DNA of 64,000 nt from Acidobacteriota bacterium (lineage in GTDB: Bacteria > Acidobacteriota > Vicinamibacteria > Vicinamibacterales > UBA2999): positions 29,120 through 93,119 of the forward strand of contig JBFMCA010000004.1 of assembly GCA_040754955.1 (NCBI GenBank). Reading direction: 5' to 3'. Position numbers and translations under genes: made by a program. The notes under the pieces are model-generated. The model did not search any database. It was not told where the DNA came from and saw only the letters and a list, made by a program, of their open reading frames with translations. This document shows, in pieces, positions 57,573-64,000 of this stretch (position 1 is the first letter of the stretch; every line of letters begins with the position of its first letter).

Positions 57573-60110
57573 CTACTCGGCCCGCAAGGTCGCCAGCGGC
57601 TTGCGCTGGAGGACGTCCCAGGAGGCCACGACGCCCACCACCGCGACGAGCACGGCCGAGGCTACGATGCCGCCGGCCGTCACGCCCGGCAGCACGCGCC
57701 ACGGGATCTCGAGCGCGAACCGGCTGATGCCCCAAGTGAGCCCGATCGCGCCGACCGACCCAATCGTTCCGGCGATGGCGCCGAGCGCGCCGTACTCGAG
57801 CACCAGGATGGCGGCGATGACGCGGCGCGTTGCGCCCAGCGTCTTGAAGATCGCCGCCTCGTAGATGCGCCGGAACTTCGTCATCGCGACCGCGCCGACC
57901 AGGATGAGCAGCCCGCTCAACACCACGAGCGAACCCACCACGGTGACGGCGATCGTCACGTTGTCGACCACCGTCTGGATGTTGTTGAGGATCTCGCGCC
58001 CGTCGATGACCGAGATGTTCGGATAGCCGGCCACGAGGGCGGACTGGAACGCCGCGCGCCCCGCCGGCTCCGCGGGTCCCCGGAAGAACGCGATCGACGA
58101 ATGCGGCGCCTCGTTGAAGAGGCCCGGGCGGAAGACGAACATGAAGCCGCCCGCACGGCTGTCGGACCAGTCCACGCGGCGCACGCTGGTGACCCGCGCC
58201 TCCACCGGCCGCCCGAGGACGTCGAAGCGCATCGTGTCGCCGACGTTGATCCGGAACCGCTCCTGCAGGCTCTCCTCGATGGACACCTCACCCGCGCCCG
58301 GGGCGCCCGCGCCGTCCCAGAACGTGCCCTCGATGACCGTCTCGTTGCGCTCGAGCGCCGGCCGGTAGGTGATGGTGTACTCGCGCGCGAGCGATCCGCG
58401 GCCGCGCACGTCCTGGTAGCTGTCGAGCGACAGCTCGCGCCCCTCGACGCCCGTGACCCGCGCGCGCAGGACGGGCAGCAGGCGCGGCGCCGGGGCGTCC
58501 GGCGGCTGGTGAGCCTTCACGAGCGCCCGCACGCCCTCCACCTGGTCCTGCTGGATGTCGAGCAGGAACATGTCGGGCGTCTCCGGGGACAGGTTCATGC
58601 CGAACTCGCCGACGAGCGTCTGCTGCAGCGAGTGCACGCCCACGATGAAGAAGCTGCCGAGACCGACCGCCAGCAGCACGGTGCGCGCCTGGCTGCCGGG
58701 CCGGCTGAGCTGCAGGACGGCGTGCCGGAGCGGGAACGATCCGGCCTGTGACAGCGGCGTGATGACGCGGATGAGCAGCGTGCCCGCCACGTGCAGCAGC
58801 GCGCCGACGACGACAAAGCCCACCGCGACGACCAGACCGATGCGCAGCGACCCCGCCTGCCACACCGTGAGCGCGACGAGCCCGCCGCCGACGAGGGCCG
58901 ATACGGCGTACTTGACGAGGTCGCGCCCGCCACCGCCGGCCTCCTGCCGGAGCAGCAGCGACGGCTTCACGTGCCGCACGTCGAGCAGCGGTACCAGGGA
59001 GAACAGGACCGCCACCAGCAGGCCGATGGCCACGCCCTGCGCCACCGCATCGGCGGTGAGACCGTAGTCCACCTGCACACCGCGCGTCGCCGCCGCGGCG
59101 ACGGTGGCGGGGATCGCCCGGATGGCGGCCTCGGCGAGCACCACGCCCAGGAGGCTGCCCGCCAGCCCCAGGATCACGACCTGCAGCATGTAGATCGCCA
59201 GCAGCTGGCGGCTCCGCCCGCCGACGCACTTCAGAATCGCGATGCTCTTGATCTTCTGCTGCACGAAGACGCGCGTCACGCTCGACACGCCGATGCCGCC
59301 CAGGATGACGATGACCAGGCCCACCAGGCTGAGATAGTTCTCGGCGCGGGTGAAGTCCTCGCTGATGTTGTCCTCCGTGGACTTGTAGGAACGCACCCGC
59401 GCGAAGGCGTTGACCAGATCCTCCCGCAGGCCGGCCACGAGCTGGTCCACCCTGGCCTCGGGGACCTTCAGCAGGCGCTGGTACGACGCGCGCGTCCCGA
59501 AGGTCAGCAGGCCCGTCTTCCGCAGGTCCGCCAGATCGACGAAGACCCGCGGGCCGAGGCTGAAGGCGCCCAGGTTCCGCCCGGGCTCCGTCTCGATGAC
59601 GCCGCGGATCGTGAAGCGCTGCCCGCCGATGAGCAGGCCGTCGCCGACCGCGAGGTCGAGCTGCGCCAGCAGCTCAGGGCGGACGAGCACCCCGAAGCCG
59701 GCCAGGAGCCCATGGGCGTAGGGCTGTCCCTGGAGCGTGAGTGCGCCGTAGTACGGAAAGCCCGCCTCCACCGCCCGCAGTTCGACCATCCGCGCCCGGC
59801 CGCCGTCCTCGTCGGCCGCCCGCGCCATGGTGGCGACCTCCACCGACTGGTGGCTCTCCGCGCCCGCCTCCGCGAGCCGGGCCGCGATGCGCGCCGCGAG
59901 GTCGTCGGGCAGCGGCCGATTGCTCGAGATCACCGCGTCGCCGCCGATGAGGGCCTTGGCCTCGCCGGCAAACACGAGGCGCACGCTCTGGATGACCGAC
60001 CGCAGGGCCACGATGGCGCCCACGCCGACGGCGATGCAGATGAAGAAGAACAGGAGGCGCCGCCACGACGCGCGCATCTCGCGCGCCGCCATGATGAGCA
60101 CGAACCTCAT
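57573..60110 (-). CDS. ABC transporter permease with duplicated FtsX domains (YbbP-like)
   Basis: 845 aa starting MRFVLIMAAREMRASWRRLLFFFICIAVGVGAIVALRSV.. with two FtsX 4-TM modules. Its start overlaps the stop of the upstream ATPase gene (ATGA). Confidence 0.88.
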   Translation of the reverse strand: MRFVLIMAAREMRASWRRLLFFFICIAVGVGAIVALRSVIQSVRLVFAGEAKALIGGDAVISSNRPLPDDLAARIAARLAEAGAESHQSVEVATMARAADEDGGRARMVELRAVEAGFPYYGALTLQGQPYAHGLLAGFGVLVRPELLAQLDLAVGDGLLIGGQRFTIRGVIETEPGRNLGAFSLGPRVFVDLADLRKTGLLTFGTRASYQRLLKVPEARVDQLVAGLREDLVNAFARVRSYKSTEDNISEDFTRAENYLSLVGLVIVILGGIGVSSVTRVFVQQKIKSIAILKCVGGRSRQLLAIYMLQVVILGLAGSLLGVVLAEAAIRAIPATVAAAATRGVQVDYGLTADAVAQGVAIGLLVAVLFSLVPLLDVRHVKPSLLLRQEAGGGGRDLVKYAVSALVGGGLVALTVWQAGSLRIGLVVAVGFVVVGALLHVAGTLLIRVITPLSQAGSFPLRHAVLQLSRPGSQARTVLLAVGLGSFFIVGVHSLQQTLVGEFGMNLSPETPDMFLLDIQQDQVEGVRALVKAHQPPDAPAPRLLPVLRARVTGVEGRELSLDSYQDVRGRGSLAREYTITYRPALERNETVIEGTFWDGAGAPGAGEVSIEESLQERFRINVGDTMRFDVLGRPVEARVTSVRRVDWSDSRAGGFMFVFRPGLFNEAPHSSIAFFRGPAEPAGRAAFQSALVAGYPNISVIDGREILNNIQTVVDNVTIAVTVVGSLVVLSGLLILVGAVAMTKFRRIYEAAIFKTLGATRRVIAAILVLEYGALGAIAGTIGSVGAIGLTWGISRFALEIPWRVLPGVTAGGIVASAVLVAVVGVVASWDVLQRKPLATLRAE

Positions 60111-60799
60111 GACGCCGCACCCACCAGCGCCGTCGTGGCCTCCCCCACCGGCCGGCCGTCGCGCAGCGTCAGCCGCACGTCGGCGGTTGCCGCGATCGTC
60201 TGGTCGTGCGTGACCAGCACCAGCGTGGCGTGGCGCGTCTCCTTGACCTGCTGGAGCAGCTCCAGGATGTGCCGTCCGTTGGTGCTGTCCAGGTTGCCGG
60301 TGGGCTCGTCGGCCAGGATGATCGGCGGGTCGTTGGCGAGCGCGCGCGCAATCGCGATGCGCTGCTGCTCTCCGCCCGAGAGCTGCGATGGGTAGTGATG
60401 CCCGCGATCGTGCAGGCCCACCTCGTCGAGCAGGGCCTGCGCCCGCGCCCGCGCGTCGCGCCGGCCCGCGATCTCCATGGGCACCAGGATGTTCTCGAGC
60501 GCCGTCAGCGACGGCACGAGGTGGAAGAACTGGAAGACGAAGCCGATCTTCTCGCCCCGGAGCCGCGCCAGCGCATCCTCGTCGAGCGCTGTGATGTCCG
60601 TGCCGTCGATGAATACCTGGCCGGTCGACGGCGCGTCCAGCCCGGCTATCAGCCCGAGCAGCGTCGATTTGCCGCTGCCCGACGGCCCTACGATCGCCAT
60701 CACCTGTCCTGCCGGCACGGACAGGTCGAGCGGGTGGAGGATGGTCAGCGGCTGCTGGCCGCTCATCACGGTCTTGCTGACGCCCCGAAGCTCGATCAT
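60107..60799 (-). CDS. ABC transporter ATP-binding protein (YbbA/LolD-like)
   Basis: The ATG at 60799 gives MIELRGVSKT..GPSGSGKSTLL..LSGGEQQRIAIARAL..ILADEPTGNLD. Confidence 0.92.
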   Translation of the reverse strand: MIELRGVSKTVMSGQQPLTILHPLDLSVPAGQVMAIVGPSGSGKSTLLGLIAGLDAPSTGQVFIDGTDITALDEDALARLRGEKIGFVFQFFHLVPSLTALENILVPMEIAGRRDARARAQALLDEVGLHDRGHHYPSQLSGGEQQRIAIARALANDPPIILADEPTGNLDSTNGRHILELLQQVKETRHATLVLVTHDQTIAATADVRLTLRDGRPVGEATTALVGAAS

Positions 60800-61497
60800 G
60801 GCTCCTCGCGCGAGACGGCGGTCAGCACCGGCCCGAGGGTGCGCCACACGGTGTCGGCCATGATGGCCGCCCCGCGTGCGTTGGGGTGAATGCCGTCGGC
60901 CTGATTGAGCGACGCGACGCCGGCCACGTCCTGGAGCAGGAAGGGAATCAGTGGCACGTCATGCTCGCGGGCCAGATCGGTATACACCCGGCGGAAGGCC
61001 GCCGTGTACTCCGGGCCGATGTTGGGCGGCGCTTCCATGCCCGCCAGAATCACCCGCAGGCCCGCGCCGCGCGCCCGCTCGATAATCGCCGCCAGATTGC
61101 GCTGCATCTCCGCCGGCGGCAGCCCGCGCAGCCCGTCGTTGGCGCCGAGCGCCACCACCAGCACCCGCGCATCGCCTTCGATGGACCAGGCCAGCCGCCG
61201 CAGCCCTCCCGCCGACGTGTCGCCCGACACGCCGGCGTTCACGACCGTGAAGCCGAGGCCGGCCTCGTCAATCCGCTGCTGGATCAGCGCGGGGTAGCTC
61301 TGGTCCTCCGGCAGCCCCAACCCCGCCGTCAGGCTGTCACCGAGAAAGACCACGCGCGGCTGGTTGGCCGGCCGGTCGGGAGCCACCGCTCGGGCCGGTT
61401 CGACTCGTTCGGCCTCGACAGGCGGCGAAGCCGTCCCGCAGCCCGCGGTGGCCAGCGCCAGGAACAGGATCGGGAGGACGAGCGGACGTGCACGCAT
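60796..61497 (-). CDS. SGNH/GDSL hydrolase (TesA/arylesterase-like), lipoprotein signal
   Basis: MRARPLVLPILFLALATAGC (lipobox), then VVFLGDSLTAG (block I), ..GVSGDT.., ..LGANDGL.., ..DGIHPN (block V). The tesA-ybbA-ybbP neighbourhood is also known from E. coli. Confidence 0.88.
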   Translation of the reverse strand: MRARPLVLPILFLALATAGCGTASPPVEAERVEPARAVAPDRPANQPRVVFLGDSLTAGLGLPEDQSYPALIQQRIDEAGLGFTVVNAGVSGDTSAGGLRRLAWSIEGDARVLVVALGANDGLRGLPPAEMQRNLAAIIERARGAGLRVILAGMEAPPNIGPEYTAAFRRVYTDLAREHDVPLIPFLLQDVAGVASLNQADGIHPNARGAAIMADTVWRTLGPVLTAVSREEP

Positions 61498-61601
61498 GCT
61501 CTATCAGAAGACGCCGTGAGTCCCGGTGCCGGCCCCGGCCCAGGTCCGATTTTTCAAGTATACGTGAGCCCCCGCGCCCGGTTCGCTCGCGCAGCCGCCC
61601 G

Positions 61602-62372
61602 TCAGGAGACCCGGACGACGAGCGCCGTCACGTTGTCCTGCGCCTGGCGCTCGAGCGCGGCGTCCACCAGGCGGCCGGCGGCCTCCGTGGGCGTCGCCGC
61701 GATCTGCAGGACCTCCACGAGCACCCGGTCGTCTACCACGCCATGGACGCCGTCGGTGCAGAGCACCAGGATGTCGCCGGGCAGCACGTCGTCCTCCACC
61801 ACCTGCGGGGCCAGATCGTCGCGCCCGCCGATGACCGCCGTCAGGACGTGACGCATCGGGTGTTTGGCGTAGGCCGCGTCGCGCGGCGCGCCCCCGTTGA
61901 GCGCCGCCAGCCACGTGTCGTCGCGCGTCACCTGGGTAATCTCGCCCGAGCGATAGCGGTAGATCCGGCTGTCGCCCACGCCGGCCAGCGCGATGCGGTT
62001 GCCCGCGGCGAGCGCCGCCACGAGGGTGGTGCCCATGCCCGAGAACGCCGGGTGCGCGGCCGCTTCCGAGTACACCCGCCGGTTGGCGAGGCGAAACGCG
62101 GTCAGCAACCGGTTGGCGGCGACCGATCGGGATGGATCGAGGCCGAAGGGCCAGGTGATGTCGCCGCCGTCACGGGTCTCGTGCACGAAGCTCCGGACGG
62201 TCTGCACCGCCAGGTGGGCGGCGACCTCCCCGGCGTTGTGCCCCCCCATCCCGTCGGCGACGACAAATAGGCCCAGGTCGAGGTCCCAGTCGAGCCAATC
62301 CTGGTTGAGCGGGCGCGGGCCGGATTCGGTCCGACCACCGGCGGTAAGGGCCATGTGCTGGTGAGGTTGCAT
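61602..62372 (-). CDS. PP2C-family Ser/Thr protein phosphatase
   Basis: ..GLFVVADGMGGHNAGEVAA..GMGTTLVAAL..LAGVGDSRIY..LVLCTDGV..QDNVTALVV. Start at the ATG at 62372 or 62354. Confidence 0.88.
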   Translation of the reverse strand: MQPHQHMALTAGGRTESGPRPLNQDWLDWDLDLGLFVVADGMGGHNAGEVAAHLAVQTVRSFVHETRDGGDITWPFGLDPSRSVAANRLLTAFRLANRRVYSEAAAHPAFSGMGTTLVAALAAGNRIALAGVGDSRIYRYRSGEITQVTRDDTWLAALNGGAPRDAAYAKHPMRHVLTAVIGGRDDLAPQVVEDDVLPGDILVLCTDGVHGVVDDRVLVEVLQIAATPTEAAGRLVDAALERQAQDNVTALVVRVS

Positions 62373-62406
62373 CTTACCGCAACTGGATACTTGGTATACT
62401 CCGCTC

Positions 62407-64000
62407 GTGGCTAGCTCGAGCCTGCACCCGGTCCTCGCTCGCGCCACCGCCTCGCTCGAACGGGGCCAGGCGAGTGCGGTCGTGGAGTTGCTGAGCCCGC
62501 TGCTGCGGTCGGCGACGCATCCGCGCGACGAGGAGCTGGCCATCCGATGCCTGCTGGCCGAAGCGCTGCTCCAGCAGGGCGAGCTGTCGCAGGCCAGCAA
62601 CGCGCTGGGCCGGCCACCGGACACCATTCGCGAGCCGATTCAGCCCGCCGTGCTGTCGACGCTCTGGCGCCTGCACGGCCGCATCGCCTTCGCGCGCGGC
62701 GAGCAGTCGCGCGCCATTGCGCTGCACGGCCGGGCGCTCAAGCACGCCGAGAGCGCCCACGACTCGCGGGCCATCGGCCTCGCCCATTTCGAGCTCGGCC
62801 TCTGTTATCGGCAGGTCGGCGACATGACGATTGTGCGGGAGCACATCGCCGAGGCGGCCGCCGCGCTGCACGCGGCCGGCGACCGGCGGCACCTCGCGCA
62901 GGTGCATTCGCTCTCGGGGGTCATGCTCGCACAGACCGGCCGCTACGACGAAGCAATGTCGGCGCTGCGGCAGGCCGAGCGCCTGGCAGTGCAGCTGCAG
63001 GCCGACGACATCCTGGCCACCATCTGCGGCAATCAGGCCAACGTGGCCCTGATTCGCCATCGACACGATCAGGCGCTCGCCCTCGCGGAGCGTGCCGTCT
63101 CGCTGCACGAGGGGCTCGGGCAGGGCCCCGGGCTCGCCATTGCCCTCGCGACGCTCGGACAGATCTGCGTACGCATCGGCAATCTCGACCGGGCCGAAAC
63201 GGTCCTGCACCGCGCGCTCGAAGTGCGGAGCGCCGTGCAGTTTCACGAGACGACCGGCGCTGTCTACGACACGCTCGCGCAGATGTCGCTCATGCGCGGC
63301 GATTACGAGCACGCCGCCGAGTACCTTCAGCGCGCCGGCGACGCGTACGGCGCGTACGGGCGCCAGACCAGCCGCTGGTACGAGTGGTCGGTGCGGGTGA
63401 TCACGGCCCGACTCGCGACCCGCCGCGGCAAGCCCGACGAGGCCCTTGCCATCGCCGACGAGATCGCGCGATCGCCTGCGGCGCCACCGGCCGAGGCGCT
63501 CGAGGCGGAGCTCATCGCTGCCGAGGCGCTGCTCGCGGCCGGGTCCATCGAGGAAGCCGAGCACCGGCTGACCCAGATGGAAAACCGGATCGATGCCCGC
63601 AGCACGCCGGGCGCGTGGGGCGAATTCCTGCGCCTGCGCGGCGACCTCCGCGCACGGCAGTCGCGGACCACCGAGGCGTACCACGACATCGCGCAGAGCT
63701 CCAGCGTGTTCGAGCTGGTGGGCGACCGGTACCAGGCGGCGGTCAGCCAGCTCGCGCTCGGCCGGCTCGCCTCGCGCGCCGGCGCGCAGGCCACGGCCGG
63801 CCGCCACTTCCAGCAGGCCGCAACCGTGTTCCAGTCGCTCGGCGCGACGCGCGACCTGGAAGAGACGCAGTCGGCCATGGCGCTCGGCGACAACATCGGA
63901 ACCGGCGAGTACGTCGGGTCACCGGCGGACGCCGACGACGCGCTCGTGCGGCGGCTCGTGGACGCGGCCATCCTGCCGGAGCTGCTGGCGCGGGAGCTGA
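62407..64000 (+). CDS. Large TPR-repeat protein (N-terminal part; continues past the window end), possibly the sensor region of a transcriptional regulator
   Basis: This is an open frame from the GTG at 62407 to the window edge, absent from the ORF track because there is no stop. Manual translation gives (M)ASSSLHPVLARATASLERGQASAVVELL...GLAHFELGLCYRQVGD...LAQVHSLSGVMLAQTGRYDEAMSALRQAERLA..., i.e. repeated TPR-like helices. The antisense 477-aa track ORF (62374..63807) is Arg/Gly/Ala-rich and is rejected. Confidence 0.7.
   Translation, partial: MASSSLHPVLARATASLERGQASAVVELLSPLLRSATHPRDEELAIRCLLAEALLQQGELSQASNALGRPPDTIREPIQPAVLSTLWRLHGRIAFARGEQSRAIALHGRALKHAESAHDSRAIGLAHFELGLCYRQVGDMTIVREHIAEAAAALHAAGDRRHLAQVHSLSGVMLAQTGRYDEAMSALRQAERLAVQLQADDILATICGNQANVALIRHRHDQALALAERAVSLHEGLGQGPGLAIALATLGQICVRIGNLDRAETVLHRALEVRSAVQFHETTGAVYDTLAQMSLMRGDYEHAAEYLQRAGDAYGAYGRQTSRWYEWSVRVITARLATRRGKPDEALAIADEIARSPAAPPAEALEAELIAAEALLAAGSIEEAEHRLTQMENRIDARSTPGAWGEFLRLRGDLRARQSRTTEAYHDIAQSSSVFELVGDRYQAAVSQLALGRLASRAGAQATAGRHFQQAATVFQSLGATRDLEETQSAMALGDNIGTGEYVGSPADADDALVRRLVDAAILPELLAREL

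Noticed and set aside
62383-62400. CTGGATACTTGGTATACT looked superficially like a sigma54 -24/-12 promoter (TGGCAC-N5-TTGC).
   Set aside because: The -12 GC dinucleotide is missing and the spacing does not fit. The extended -10 sigma70 reading (TGGTATACT) is more plausible.

Overview
This is a very GC-rich bacterial chromosomal segment with about 60 protein genes. I recognised no rRNA, tRNA, CRISPR array, transposase or integrase by eye. The gene content (a CarboxypepD_reg-type TonB-dependent receptor, Gly-rich TonB and MFP linkers, an ADOP/FtsX-type permease relic, many exported repeat proteins) suggests an Acidobacteriota-like soil organism; this is low-confidence inference.

Gene layout, left to right:
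- 1-3963: a mercury-resistance locus. merR is divergent from merT-merP-merF-merA, and two extra genes follow merA.
- 3987-14688: a TonB-dependent receptor, a glutamate formimidoyltransferase, an operon of a UPF0104 protein, nrdR, an NtrY-like kinase and a sigma54 response regulator, then purC and a small Fis-like protein.
- 14742-16923: CIRCE-controlled groES-groEL.
- 16958-22164: an ECF sigma factor, a ZAS anti-sigma factor, an exported TPR-CHAT protease and an FN3 lipoprotein.
- 22274-33910: an ATC-hydrolase-like gene, gcdH, an M28 peptidase fused to a B3 metallo-beta-lactamase, an IPT/NHL propeller protein, several small enzymes, TonB, a VWA protein and tatA.
- 33921-46833: a long minus-strand run, pckA-gatB-membrane protein-ftsE-ftsX-hypothetical-glycerate kinase-rnr-selB, with many 4-nt start/stop overlaps.
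- 47013-56219: a second ECF sigma/ZAS anti-sigma pair joined to ispH, then a CpxP-like protein and a TolC-MFP-RND efflux system.
- 56185-64000: folK, a hypothetical gene, dksA, tesA-ybbA-ybbP-like genes, a PP2C phosphatase and a large TPR protein that runs off the right edge.

The most interesting observation is the gene directly after merA. It encodes an exported MerP/HMA-like protein whose frame carries an in-frame TGA exactly at the first Cys of the GMTCxxC metal-binding loop. A GC-rich hairpin with GGUC in its loop starts 11 nt after that TGA, which matches the E. coli fdhF SECIS spacing. A selB gene lies in the same window. The gene is translationally coupled to a second MerT-like transporter. 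Together these suggest a selenocysteine (UxxC) mercury-binding relay.

Other notable items:
- An ECF/anti-sigma/TPR-CHAT module that resembles the Craspase-Csx30-RpoE logic but has no cas genes nearby.
- The M28-B3 MBL fusion.
- Heptanucleotide tandem-repeat arrays that start right after several stop codons.
- A start-less FtsX-permease relic lying in frame after the TonB stop codon.

Many long ORFs in the supplied track are antisense artefacts of the high GC content, and I rejected them.
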